Of a DNA stretch of 46,094 nt, positions 16,350 through 25,298 are shown one piece after another. The notes beneath the pieces were generated by a model that was given only the letters and a program-made list of their open reading frames with translations, was not told the DNA's origin and did not search any database. The position numbers and the translations under genes were made by a program. Every line of letters starts with the position of its first letter. Position 1 is the first letter of the stretch. Source of the DNA: an uncultured Myxococcales bacterium (GTDB lineage: Bacteria > Myxococcota_A > SURF-8); assembly GCA_964437525.1 (NCBI GenBank), contig CAYTHG010000002.1, forward strand, positions 1 to 46,094, read 5' to 3'.

Positions 16350-16403
16350 ACTGTTGCGGTAGCTTGTTTTGTCTGTAATGATTTTTGAAGACGGAGGTGT
16401 CAA

Positions 16404-17024
16404 ATGGCGGCGATTGCGGTCGATAAGGAAAAAAAGAGAGTCCAGATAGCCCTGGGAGCTTTGAATGTCTTTATGGACAAAGGATTTTCGGCAGCTTCGG
16501 TCAGCGACGTGGCCAATGCCCTTGAAATAGGCAAAGGCACTATCTATGAATATTTCAAGTCCAAAGACGAGCTGGTTGTGGCTTCCATGGTGACCTGGGC
16601 CGAGATCAACAGCGGCGACCCCAAGCACTTTGAAACCGATCTGGGCATAGACGATCCCGCCGAGCGCCTGAAGACTTTTGTTTTCATGGCCATGCAGATC
16701 TACATGAGCGAAGACAAGAATATGAAAGTTATGCTGGCCATGGTGCAGCTTTATATGGAGAAGCCCGAATTCTTTAAGGAACATCATATATTGCAGGACA
16801 TACTGGCCGGTATGCGACATTTTATTTGTGAATGCCTTAAAGACGGCGTGACTAAAGGACTCTTTCGCCCCGAGATAGAAGATCAATCCGAAGACATAGC
16901 CATCAACCTGATGGCCTATTTGGACGGGATTGCCATTCATCATTTTATGGACCCGGATTATATCAAGCTTCAGGAGCAGGTGGATTTTCACATAGAAATG
17001 CTGCTAGGCTGCTTTAAGGCTTGA
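16404..17024 (+). CDS. TetR/AcrR-family transcriptional regulator
   Basis: 206 aa with GGAGG RBS. The N-terminal HTH reads FMDKGFSAASVSDVANALEIGKGTIYEYFKSKDEL. Confidence 0.85.
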   Translation: MAAIAVDKEKKRVQIALGALNVFMDKGFSAASVSDVANALEIGKGTIYEYFKSKDELVVASMVTWAEINSGDPKHFETDLGIDDPAERLKTFVFMAMQIYMSEDKNMKVMLAMVQLYMEKPEFFKEHHILQDILAGMRHFICECLKDGVTKGLFRPEIEDQSEDIAINLMAYLDGIAIHHFMDPDYIKLQEQVDFHIEMLLGCFKA

Positions 17025-17193
17025 GTGTGAAAGTCTTAAAGCCTTGGGTCTGAGTAAGTTTGGAAAAAAACTTCATCGTCCTTGAATAATCGGATATCGG
17101 GGTTATAGTAGAGTTCATCAGGCGCATGGGTTGCCTCGCTCGTCTGAATCATTCAGGTTGCATTTAACGAATTATCGTTTCCGGGAGGACAGT

Positions 17194-18129
17194 ATGTCTA
17201 AAGAAAATCATGTAAAAGTCGCCATTATCGGTGCCGGACCGGCTGGATACACTGCCGCCTTATATTGCGCACGCGCCGATCTCGAACCGGTATTGTTTGA
17301 AGGTATGGATCCGGGCGGCCAGCTTACCAAGGCTGGAGTGGTTGAAAACTACCCCGGCTTTTACAAGGGCGCTCCCGGAATGAAAATGATGGATATTTTC
17401 AAAAAACAGGCCGAGCGCTTCGGGACCACCATGGTTCCGGCCGTGGTCGATGCCGTGGATTTTTCGAAGACTCCTTTTGAATTGACAGTCATGGGCAAAG
17501 CGATTACCGCCGATGCGGTCATTATCGCCACCGGCGCTTCGGCCCGTTATCTGGGGCTCGATTCCGAAGAAGCGTACTGCTATCGCGGCGTTTCGGCCTG
17601 CGCCACCTGCGACGGCCCGCTTTATCGCGGTAAAAAAGTCGTGGTGATCGGCGGCGGCGATTCGGCCATGGATGAGGCTATGACGCTTGCAAAATTCGCA
17701 GATAAAGTCACCATCATCCATCGCCGCGACGAGTTCCGCGCCTCCAAATTCATGCAGAAAAAGACCAAGGAAAATCCCAAGATAGAAACCAGATTGAGCT
17801 ACAACGTCGAGGAAGTCTTAGGCGACGAAATGGGCGTTTCCGGCTGTCGCATCAAGTCTGCAAAAGACGGCAGCACCGAAGAAATCCCCTGCACCGGCTT
17901 CTTTTTAGCCATAGGTCACAATCCCAACACCGGTATTTTCAAGGGCCAGATCGATCTCGACGACGAAAGCTTTATAATCACCAAGCCCAAAAGCAGCGAA
18001 ACCAACATCCCGGGCGTGTTCGCCGCCGGAGACGTGCAGGACCCGAAATACATGCAGGCCGTCACCTCCGCCGGAACCGGCTGCATGGCGGCACTTGACG
18101 CCGAACATTGGTTGTTGGCCAAGGAATAA
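17194..18129 (+). CDS. trxB: Thioredoxin-disulfide reductase
   Basis: VAIIGAGPAGYTAALY (FAD site), redox-active CATCDG, VVVIGGGDSAMDEA (NADPH site) and GVFAAGDV. GGGAGGA RBS lies before the ATG at 17194. Confidence 0.9.
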   Translation: MSKENHVKVAIIGAGPAGYTAALYCARADLEPVLFEGMDPGGQLTKAGVVENYPGFYKGAPGMKMMDIFKKQAERFGTTMVPAVVDAVDFSKTPFELTVMGKAITADAVIIATGASARYLGLDSEEAYCYRGVSACATCDGPLYRGKKVVVIGGGDSAMDEAMTLAKFADKVTIIHRRDEFRASKFMQKKTKENPKIETRLSYNVEEVLGDEMGVSGCRIKSAKDGSTEEIPCTGFFLAIGHNPNTGIFKGQIDLDDESFIITKPKSSETNIPGVFAAGDVQDPKYMQAVTSAGTGCMAALDAEHWLLAKE

Positions 18130-18184
18130 ACGGCATTTTCGGGTAATGGATCGGCTTGATTTACACGAGAACTGATAATCCACC

Positions 18185-18400
18185 GTAGGTCGGGCAAATT
18201 TCTTGCCCGACAATTTCTGATAATGTCTGGCGAGATCTATACAATGATATTGTAAGATAAGGCAAAGCAACTGGATGCCCGCCTACGCGGGCATGACAGA
18301 TACCCATCCTAAATAATTTTATAAGTACAGCGTGTAGGTCGGGCAAATTCCTTGCCCGACAATTTCTGATGATGTCGGATAAAGAATTTATCCGACCTAC
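18185..18400. repeat. REP cluster with four hairpin units
   Basis: GTAGGTCGGGCAAatttcTTGCCCGAC (18185..18211). GATGCCCGCctacGCGGGCATGAC (18274..18297). GTAGGTCGGGCAAattccTTGCCCGAC (18335..18360). An inverted partner GTCGGATAAagaatTTATCCGACCTAC (18374..18400). The tail ACAATTTCTGAT recurs after two units. Confidence 0.9.
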
Positions 18401-18414
18401 CCAGACTGAGCAGG

Positions 18415-19203
18415 TTAAAGCTTTGCCCGCCGTCTGAGCGGGACAGCCAGCAGCAGCAGCGCCAAGAACCAGGGCGCGCCGGTGGTGCTTTGGCATGAGC
18501 CGGAATCTTCGTCTTCGGTTGCGGCGGTTTTATCTTTGTCGCCGTTCAAGCTGGATTCACCCAGTCCACCCGTCTCGGCCCATTCGTTCTCATAGCCGGC
18601 TTCTTTGTCCGTCTCGATTGCCACTTCCGGCATTTCCCAATCGGGAATCTCGGGCGATTCTTCGGCGTATTCTTCATAATCCAACCAGGGCGCGTCGATA
18701 TCCAAGTCGCCGGGATTTTCCGGCGAGCACTTAAAGTCGCGGCAGACCCAGTTTTCCGGGCAGTCCTCATCGTCGGTGCAGACCGGGCGGCAGGTGTGCG
18801 TGTAGGTCTCGCAGTATTCGGTGGCCTCGTCGCAGTCGGAGTCGTCGCTGCAAAAGTCTTCGTTGTCGCCATCCACCTGTATAGGCAGGCATTCACTGCT
18901 GGCTCCGTAATCGCAGTATTCGCCGTCCTCGCAGTCCAAGTCCATATAGCAATAGTACTCGCACAGCCCGACTTCCTCGTCGCAGTACTGATTGACATCG
19001 GCACAATCAACGTCACGTCGGCATTGCCCCGGACTAAGCTCGGTACAGACGTTCTCCACGCATTCGTAACCCGGCGGGCAGTCGGAATGATCTCCGGCGC
19101 AAGTCATGTCTTCGGATTCAATCGCGTCCAGATCGCCATCGGCTAAAGCCAAGGACGGCAGGAGCAACAAAACTAAAAGCGCCGTTGCGGAGAACAGTTT
19201 CAT
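18415..19203 (-). CDS. Secreted acidic Cys-rich protein with MYXO-CTERM-like C-terminal sorting tail
   Basis: 262 aa with GAGGG RBS and signal peptide ..LPSLALADG. It has about 24 Cys in repeated C..D.DC....YC contexts. The C-terminus is GSCQSTTGAPWFLALLLLAVPLRRRAKL (Cys, small residues, a hydrophobic helix, an Arg cluster). Confidence 0.8.
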   Translation of the reverse strand: MKLFSATALLVLLLLPSLALADGDLDAIESEDMTCAGDHSDCPPGYECVENVCTELSPGQCRRDVDCADVNQYCDEEVGLCEYYCYMDLDCEDGEYCDYGASSECLPIQVDGDNEDFCSDDSDCDEATEYCETYTHTCRPVCTDDEDCPENWVCRDFKCSPENPGDLDIDAPWLDYEEYAEESPEIPDWEMPEVAIETDKEAGYENEWAETGGLGESSLNGDKDKTAATEDEDSGSCQSTTGAPWFLALLLLAVPLRRRAKL

Positions 19204-19231
19204 TTTCCCTCACCAAAGCCTGAGTTTTTTT

Positions 19232-20551
19232 TTATTCTTCGTCTTCTTCGTTCATGCCGCGACTGATGCGCATGGCGCAGAATTTCTCGCCGCACATGGA
19301 ACAGAAATCGCCGTCCTTGCGCTGGTCTTCGGGCAGAGACTCATCTCGCATGGCGCGGGCGGTTTCAGAATCGAGCGACAACTCGAACTGGCGTTCCCAG
19401 TCGAAGTCGAAACGGGCACGGGCCATGTCGTCGTCCCAGTCGCGGGCGCGTCCTGCCCCTGTCTTTCTGGCGATGTCGGCGGAATGGGCAGCGATTTTGT
19501 AAGCGATGATACCCTGCTTGACATCCTCGGCATCGGGTAAGCCAAGATGCTCTTTGGGGGTCACGTAGCAAAGATAGCTGGCTCCGTACCAGGCGGCCAT
19601 GGCGGCTCCGATGGCGGAGGTGATGTGGTCGTAGCCGGGAGCGACATCGGTCACAATCGGCCCCAGCACATAGAAGGGCGCTTCCTTGCAGATTTCCTGC
19701 TGCATACGGATGTTCTCTTCTATCCTGTCCAAGGGAACATGTCCCGGACCTTCGATGATGACCTGTACTCCGGCCTCGCGGCAGCGGTCGGCCAATTCGC
19801 CCATGGTACGCAGTTCCGCATACTGGGCCTTGTCGCAGGCATCGGCCAAACAGCCGGGGCGCAGACCGTCGCCCACAGAAATCGTTACGTCGTACTTGGC
19901 GCAGATTTCCAGAATTTTGTCGAAGTATTCATAAGCGGGATTCTGGCGTTTGTGGTGTTTCATCCACTTGGCGGTAATGGAACCGCCGCGCGAGACTATG
20001 CCGGTCAAGCGGCTTTTTATATGCGGCAGATGCTCGCGCAGAAGCCCTGCATGGATGGTCATAAAGTCCACGCCCTGCTCGGCCTGGCGCTCGATAACCT
20101 CAAGCAGCAACTCCGGCGTCAAGTCCAACTCGCTTTCGACTTCGGCCAGAGCCTGATAAAGCGGCACGGTCCCGACCGGAATCGGGCTGTTGTCAATGAT
20201 GCCCTGGCGGATGACGTCAATCTCCTCGCCGGTGGAAAGATCCATGACGGTGTCGGAGCCATACTTCAAGCTGGTGCCCAACTTGCCAAGCTCGCCATCT
20301 ATATTGGAGGTAACCGGCGAATTGCCGATATTGGCGTTGATTTTGACGCTGCATACTTTGCCGATGCCTATGGGCTTCAGGTTTGCATGGTTGATATTGG
20401 CGGGAATGGACAGGCGGCCGGCGGCCAGTTCTTTCCGCACCAACTCCACATCGATTCCTTCGGTTTCGGCCACGATGCGCATTTCGTCCGTTATCTCACC
20501 TACCTGTGCCAAGTGCATCAGGCTTATATTTTTGCCGGTAAAACTTCTCAT
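19232..20551 (-). CDS. thiC: Phosphomethylpyrimidine synthase ThiC (short form)
   Basis: 439 aa with conserved stretches [33 protein letters not shown] and a C-terminal [12 protein letters not shown] cluster motif. Confidence 0.9.
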   Translation of the reverse strand: MRSFTGKNISLMHLAQVGEITDEMRIVAETEGIDVELVRKELAAGRLSIPANINHANLKPIGIGKVCSVKINANIGNSPVTSNIDGELGKLGTSLKYGSDTVMDLSTGEEIDVIRQGIIDNSPIPVGTVPLYQALAEVESELDLTPELLLEVIERQAEQGVDFMTIHAGLLREHLPHIKSRLTGIVSRGGSITAKWMKHHKRQNPAYEYFDKILEICAKYDVTISVGDGLRPGCLADACDKAQYAELRTMGELADRCREAGVQVIIEGPGHVPLDRIEENIRMQQEICKEAPFYVLGPIVTDVAPGYDHITSAIGAAMAAWYGASYLCYVTPKEHLGLPDAEDVKQGIIAYKIAAHSADIARKTGAGRARDWDDDMARARFDFDWERQFELSLDSETARAMRDESLPEDQRKDGDFCSMCGEKFCAMRISRGMNEEDEE

Positions 20552-20817
20552 TTATCTACCTTCTTAACCTATATAACGCGCCTTTTAAAGACGCCACAGC
20601 ATAAGAGCCGAAATCATGGCAGGCAAAAACCACGCCATGCAATCGACCCGTGAAAAAGCCAACCTTATGTACTTAACTCCAAGTGCTGGCTATGTAAAGA
20701 AAGAATTTGCTGTATATGGGTTGAAAAGTCCGGCAGGCTTCGGTTTGTTGACGAAGTCCTCGCCACTTGGCAGGGACTTTTTTTTATAATGAAAGTACGT
20801 TTAAAAGAAACCGGGAG

Positions 20818-20904
20818 AAGCAATCGAAGCTGGAGATGGTTTTCATCGATCAGCTTGTGCCAAAGGATCACCTTCTGCGCAAGATAGATCGCGCCATCGA
20901 TTTT
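20818..20904 (+). pseudogene. Remnant of the N-terminus of an IS5/IS1182-type transposase (DUF772-like motif)
   Basis: KQSKLEMVFIDQLVPKDHLLRKIDRAIDF matches my recollection of the conserved ..L.DLVP.DHLLRKID..IDF N-terminal motif. The reading frame ends about 18 codons later and no DDE domain follows. Confidence 0.5.
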
Positions 20905-21061
20905 TACGAATTCCAGGACAAATCTTCTTGCCCCATGATTCTTCCAACATACAAATGAAAACCCCGCCGGATTCGACGGGGTTTGTCAGTAGTCTAACCC
21001 AAGAAAGCCCGCCTAAAGGCGGGCTTTCTTGTAAAATCGTAGAAGAACTTAAATCGAATTC

Positions 21062-23086
21062 TTATTCTTCTTCTTTTTTCTCAGGCTCTTCTTCTTTTTT
21101 CTCTTCGGCTACGGGAGCTTCTTCGGCTACAGGAGCTTCTTCGGCTACGGGAGCTTCTTCGGCTACAGGAGCTTCTTCGGCTACAGGAGCTTCTTCAGCT
21201 ACAGGAGCTTCTTCAGCTACAGGAGCTTCTTCAGCTACAGGAGCTGCTTCAGCTACGGGAGCTTCTTCAGCTACGGGAGCTGCTTCGACTACAGGAGCTT
21301 CTTCAGCTACAGGAGCTGCTTCTACTACAGGAGCTTCTTCAACTGGCTTTTCTTCGGTGTTCGAAATATCGAAGCCGGAGAGTTTCTGCCTCAAAGCGGC
21401 ACCCAGAGTGGTGGTGTTGTCGCTGGTCATGTTGAGATGCTCGGCCATATCCATCTTGTCTTTGTTCTCCTTGAGGGAGCGGATGGACAGGGACAGCTTG
21501 CGCTCGAGAGGATCGATGTGCTTGACCTCGGCCTTAACGACTTCACCTTCTTTGATGACATCGGAAGGGCTCTCTACGCGGTCGGCGGAGAGTTCGGAGA
21601 TATGAATCAAGCCCTCAATGCCGTCTTCCAGTTCCATGAATGCGCCGAAGTCTGCAACCTTGGAGATGCGTCCTTCAACCACCATGCCCGGGAAGCACTT
21701 CTGAGCAAGCTTTTTCCACGGATCGGGGGAAAGCTGCTTGATGCCCAGAGAGAAGCGCTCTTTGGCAGGATCGATGCTGAGTACAACAGCTTCGACTTCC
21801 TGACCCTTTTGATACACTTCGTTGGGATGCTTGAATTTCTGCACCCAGGAGATATCCGAGATGTGAACCAGTCCGTCGATTCCTTCTTCGACACCGATGA
21901 AGATACCGAAGTCGGTGATGTTGCGGATGCGGCCACGAATAACGGTTCCCGGAGGATACTTTTCTTCGAGCAGGGTCCAGGGATTGGGCTCGACCTGCTT
22001 CATACCGAGGCTGATGCGACGGTTTTCGGCGTTGATGTCGAGGATGACCACTTCAACTTCGTCACTGATTGACAGAAGCTTGGAGGGATGCTTGACGCGC
22101 TTGGCCCAGGACATCTCGGAGATGTGGATCAGACCTTCGACGCCGGCTTCCAACTCTACAAACGCACCGTAATCGGTCAGGCTGACGACCTTGCCGGAGA
22201 CCTTGTTGTCTACCGGATAACGCTCGTCGATGTTTACCCAGGGATCCGGGGTAAGCTGCTTGAGACCCAGGGATACGCGCTCTTTTTCTTCGTCGAACTT
22301 GAGCACTTTGACCTTGATCTCGTCGCCGACGGCGAACAACTCGGACGGATGATTGATGCGGCCCCAGGACATATCGGTGATATGCAGCAGACCGTCTATG
22401 CCGCCCAGGTCAACAAACGCACCATAGTTGGTGATGTTCTTGACGATGCCGGTAACTTCCATGTTCTCTGCCAGGTTCTCCAGAGTCTTGCTCTTGAGTT
22501 CCTCGCGCTCTTTTTCCAAAAGCGCACGGCGCGAAAGAACGATGTTTCCACGCTTCTTGTTGAATTTGATGATCTTGAACTGGAATTTCTGTCCGATCAG
22601 CTTGTCGAGATTGCGTACGGGACGCAGATCCACCTGAGAGCCCGGCAGGAATGCTTTGACACCGACGTCTACGGACAAGCCGCCCTTGACGCGAGCCAGA
22701 ATAATTCCCTCGATCAACTCGTCGGCTTCACACTTATCGGCGATTTCTTCCCAGACCTTCATACGGTCGGCCTTCTCCTTGGAAAGCACTACCAGGCCTT
22801 CGTCGCCTTCGATCTCTTCAAGGACGACTTCGATTTCGTCGCCTTCTTTGATCTCGATTCTGCCGCTCTCGTTCCTGAATTCGTCCATGTCGATCAGGCC
22901 TTCGGATTTGTATCCGATATCAACCATGACCATGTCTTTTACGATCTGAATGATGCGGCCTTTTACAAGATCGCCTTCTTTCAGGTCGTTGACAGCGAGA
23001 CTGGACTCGAACAAGGCTTCAAAATCATCCTCGCTCACGACTACATCGTCGACATTTTCGTTTGTTTTCTTAGGTTCATTTTCCAT
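21062..23086 (-). CDS. rpsA: 30S ribosomal protein S1 with a ~100-aa repetitive acidic Pro/Ala C-terminal tail
   Basis: 674 aa with six S1 (OB-fold) repeats (GD.V.G.V......GAFV.L..G.EGL.HIS..S). No Shine-Dalgarno is visible upstream of the ATG. The tail is made of EEAPVA/VEAAPVA units. Confidence 0.9.
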   Translation of the reverse strand: MENEPKKTNENVDDVVVSEDDFEALFESSLAVNDLKEGDLVKGRIIQIVKDMVMVDIGYKSEGLIDMDEFRNESGRIEIKEGDEIEVVLEEIEGDEGLVVLSKEKADRMKVWEEIADKCEADELIEGIILARVKGGLSVDVGVKAFLPGSQVDLRPVRNLDKLIGQKFQFKIIKFNKKRGNIVLSRRALLEKEREELKSKTLENLAENMEVTGIVKNITNYGAFVDLGGIDGLLHITDMSWGRINHPSELFAVGDEIKVKVLKFDEEKERVSLGLKQLTPDPWVNIDERYPVDNKVSGKVVSLTDYGAFVELEAGVEGLIHISEMSWAKRVKHPSKLLSISDEVEVVILDINAENRRISLGMKQVEPNPWTLLEEKYPPGTVIRGRIRNITDFGIFIGVEEGIDGLVHISDISWVQKFKHPNEVYQKGQEVEAVVLSIDPAKERFSLGIKQLSPDPWKKLAQKCFPGMVVEGRISKVADFGAFMELEDGIEGLIHISELSADRVESPSDVIKEGEVVKAEVKHIDPLERKLSLSIRSLKENKDKMDMAEHLNMTSDNTTTLGAALRQKLSGFDISNTEEKPVEEAPVVEAAPVAEEAPVVEAAPVAEEAPVAEAAPVAEEAPVAEEAPVAEEAPVAEEAPVAEEAPVAEEAPVAEEAPVAEEKKEEEPEKKEEE
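21100..21345. repeat. Coding 18-nt tandem repeat (about 13 units, GGCTACAGGAGCTTCTTC-like) encoding (EEAPVA)n in the rpsA tail
   Basis: Direct reading of near-identical 18-nt units. Confidence 0.85.
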
Positions 23087-23310
23087 AAGTTAAAAGATAT
23101 TACCTGCCTCAAATAGTAAATGGGCGCTTATCCCCGAGGCATTACGGAAAAGCGCCACCAAAGCAATTTTCAAAGCCCGGAAAGCCTAGTTGTTTTACAG
23201 GGTCTTGTCAAATAAAAAAAGAGCGTATGGCTGTGTTTTTCTTAGATATTCAGTGTCTTGGCGAGGTGGGAAACCGGAAATTTCCAACTCGATATTTTTT
23301 CTTTTCGTTG

Positions 23311-23504
23311 GAGCAGGGCTCTATCCTGCTCAGGCCCTCTAGATTTATGTAAAAACCGTAGGGGCGACTAGCCGGTCGCCCCTACAAGATAGATACCGCC
23401 ATCACAACGAACCCCGTCATTCCGAGCGTAGCGAGGAATCTCTTGCATATCAAACAGATCCTTCGCTACGCTCAGGATGACAAGCTACCTGGGATTATTG
23501 AAAA
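23311..23504. repeat. Intergenic repeat block: GAGCAGG hairpin, GTAG-headed hairpin, and a GTCATTCC...GGATGAC palindromic element
   Basis: GAGCAGG-gctctat-CCTGCTC (23311..23331). GTAGGGGCGAC-tagcc-GGTCGCCCCTAC (23358..23385). GTCATTCCGAGCGTAGCGAGGAATC (23416..23440) paired with GATCCTTCGCTACGCTCAGGATGAC (23457..23481), with the arm continuing to about 23504. Confidence 0.85.
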
Positions 23505-23535
23505 TTTACCAAATTTACATAAAACTGGGGAATGT

Positions 23536-24717
23536 TTAACGACTTTTTTCGCTCTTGGGCAAGAACACCAGAAACGGCAGACCCAAAAGCGCCATTCCTG
23601 CACAGACACTAAAAGCCGTCCGCATTCCATAGGTGTCGGCCAGCGCTCCTATCAAAAGCAATATCAGGGAACGCATGGCAAAAGATATGGCCATGTAAAG
23701 ACCGTTGGCGGTGGTTTTGTGTTCTCCGGCATTTTCCATCATTACCGCCATCAGGACCGGCCCGGTTGCCAGGGTAGTAACACCCAGTCCAAGCAGTATG
23801 GGGATAATAAACGCATTGTCGCATAAAAGAAGCAGGACCATCATCACAGGCGAGATCGTCATGGCACCCAAAAGCACGCGCCGCCGTCCGACAAGATCGG
23901 ATATGCTGCCCGAGGCGATGACGCCGAAGGCTCCGGCGAATTCGTAGACCGACAGGGAAATTCCAGCGAACCACAGCGAATGGCCTTCGCCATATAAAAA
24001 AGTCGGCAAAAAAGTAGCAATGGCCGAAGCCATGAAAGCGCGGGCCATCAGTATTCCGAAGATACCGAATATGATGCGGCGCATTTTTTTGAACATCAGG
24101 CGGAAATCGCCGCCGTTACCGCTTTTTGCCTGCCCATCAACCTCGGGCTTGAGTCTCCACCACAAAAGCAGGGATGCCAGAACACCCGGCGGAATAAGCT
24201 GCCACATTCCTTCAAGACCGAAGCTCGAAACCGCCCAGACAGCTACCACCGGCCCGGCAGTGCGCGCCAATTCGCCGCCCAGCATGAAAAAGCCCATGCC
24301 GCGCCCGACGCGATTGCCCGCAAGTTGCGCCGCCATGACAGGCGCGGAGATATGCAGAGCCGCCGTGGAGATTCCCGCCACAAAAAGTATAAGGACAAGC
24401 GCCGCATAAGACGGGGCCAGACCGATCAGGCACATCAATATCGCCGTCACTCCGGGCGACAGCACCATCAACAGGCGCGTCCAGCCGCGCTTGTCGGCAA
24501 AAGATCCCAATAGAGGATTGAAAATCGACGGCAGTTGCATGAAGATGGAAAGCGACCCGGCCAGTGTCATGGAGAGCGAAAGCTTTTGTATGATGAGCGG
24601 CAATACAGGGGCAAGCAGACTGGTATAGATATCGTGAATGAAATGCACAAAGGCGATACCGCTCACGCTGCCGAATTTGAATTTCCCGTTGGCGTTTATG
24701 TCTTTTTCTATTTCCAC
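23536..24717 (-). CDS. MFS transporter
   Basis: 393 aa with about 12 TM helices, GTG start with GGAG 6 nt upstream, and the MFS loop motif G.FADKRGW.R. Confidence 0.8.
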   Translation of the reverse strand: MEIEKDINANGKFKFGSVSGIAFVHFIHDIYTSLLAPVLPLIIQKLSLSMTLAGSLSIFMQLPSIFNPLLGSFADKRGWTRLLMVLSPGVTAILMCLIGLAPSYAALVLILFVAGISTAALHISAPVMAAQLAGNRVGRGMGFFMLGGELARTAGPVVAVWAVSSFGLEGMWQLIPPGVLASLLLWWRLKPEVDGQAKSGNGGDFRLMFKKMRRIIFGIFGILMARAFMASAIATFLPTFLYGEGHSLWFAGISLSVYEFAGAFGVIASGSISDLVGRRRVLLGAMTISPVMMVLLLLCDNAFIIPILLGLGVTTLATGPVLMAVMMENAGEHKTTANGLYMAISFAMRSLILLLIGALADTYGMRTAFSVCAGMALLGLPFLVFLPKSEKSR

Positions 24718-24802
24718 CGCTTACTCCGAAATTACAGCAAAGTCGGAAACCTCTCCGGCTGGGGCACATTAACAAGACCCATGGATTTATACAAATAACT
24801 TC

Positions 24803-24921
24803 TCAGTAAGTCCTGGCAAAGCCATGAACCGTCATTCTGAGCGCAGCGAATAATCTATTATTCCCAAGCACTTGAAGATCCTTCACTTCGTTCAGGATGA
24901 CAATCTACCCGGACTTACTGA
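24803..24921. repeat. ~119-bp palindromic MITE-like element (family GTCATYCTGAGCG...CGTTCAGRATGAC)
   Basis: Outer arms TCAGTAAGTCCTGG (24803..24816) and CCCGGACTTACTGA (24908..24921). Inner arms GTCATTCTGAGCGCAGCGAATAATC and GATCCTTCACTTCGTTCAGGATGAC. Confidence 0.8.
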
Positions 24922-25031
24922 AAAACTACCTGTACAAGAGGAAACAGTTGAATATTGCAGCTGAAATTACAGATACAAACGGACAAAAAAAGGAACAAAG
25001 CGTTCTCTAATCTGCCGATTAGCGATATTTA

Positions 25032-25298
25032 TCAGTAGCAGACATCCAGAATATCGGAGCATTTGACTTCGAGGATACAGTCGGCCAACTCTTCGTTCAA
25101 AAGCAGGTCGGGCTCGGCGCATTGGTAGCGGCAGCTCATTTCGTCCAGTTCTTCGCCGTTGCATTCGACCAGTTTGACACAGGCCTTAATGCACTTGGAA
25201 CCCAAGCCGTCGTCACCGCAGGCCGGCAACATAATAAACGCAGCTAAAGACAGGCAAATAACGGCAAGTGAAAGATATTTTGCGGGTGCGGTTTTCAT
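25032..25298 (-). CDS. Small 8-Cys lipoprotein (paralog A)
   Basis: 88 aa from the ATG at 25298. Signal plus lipobox ..IMLPAC, then GDDGLG, then a C-x3-C-x5-C-x9-C-x3-C-x13-C-x5-C-x6-C scaffold. Confidence 0.7.
   Translation of the reverse strand: MKTAPAKYLSLAVICLSLAAFIMLPACGDDGLGSKCIKACVKLVECNGEELDEMSCRYQCAEPDLLLNEELADCILEVKCSDILDVCY

Noticed and set aside
19547-20653. Long antisense ORFs listed in the track: 19547..20653(+), 22088..23116(+), 20928..21605(+), 15036..15782(-), 16278..16991(-), 12922..13647(-), 40631..41731(-), 42641..43414(-), 45363..45959(-), 3081..3500(-) and others
   Set aside because: Each lies opposite a CDS with clear family motifs (thiC, rpsA, UbiA, TetR and others). 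Their compositions are skewed or low-complexity (Arg/Ala/Gly/His-rich) and they show no RBS or recognisable motif. They are shadow ORFs of GC-rich genes.
20552-20770. Expected TPP (THI-box) riboswitch upstream of thiC
   Set aside because: Neither CUGAGA nor the conserved pyrimidine-sensor helix sequence is present on the thiC strand, so I do not annotate a riboswitch. The absence is reported only as a finding to be checked with Infernal.
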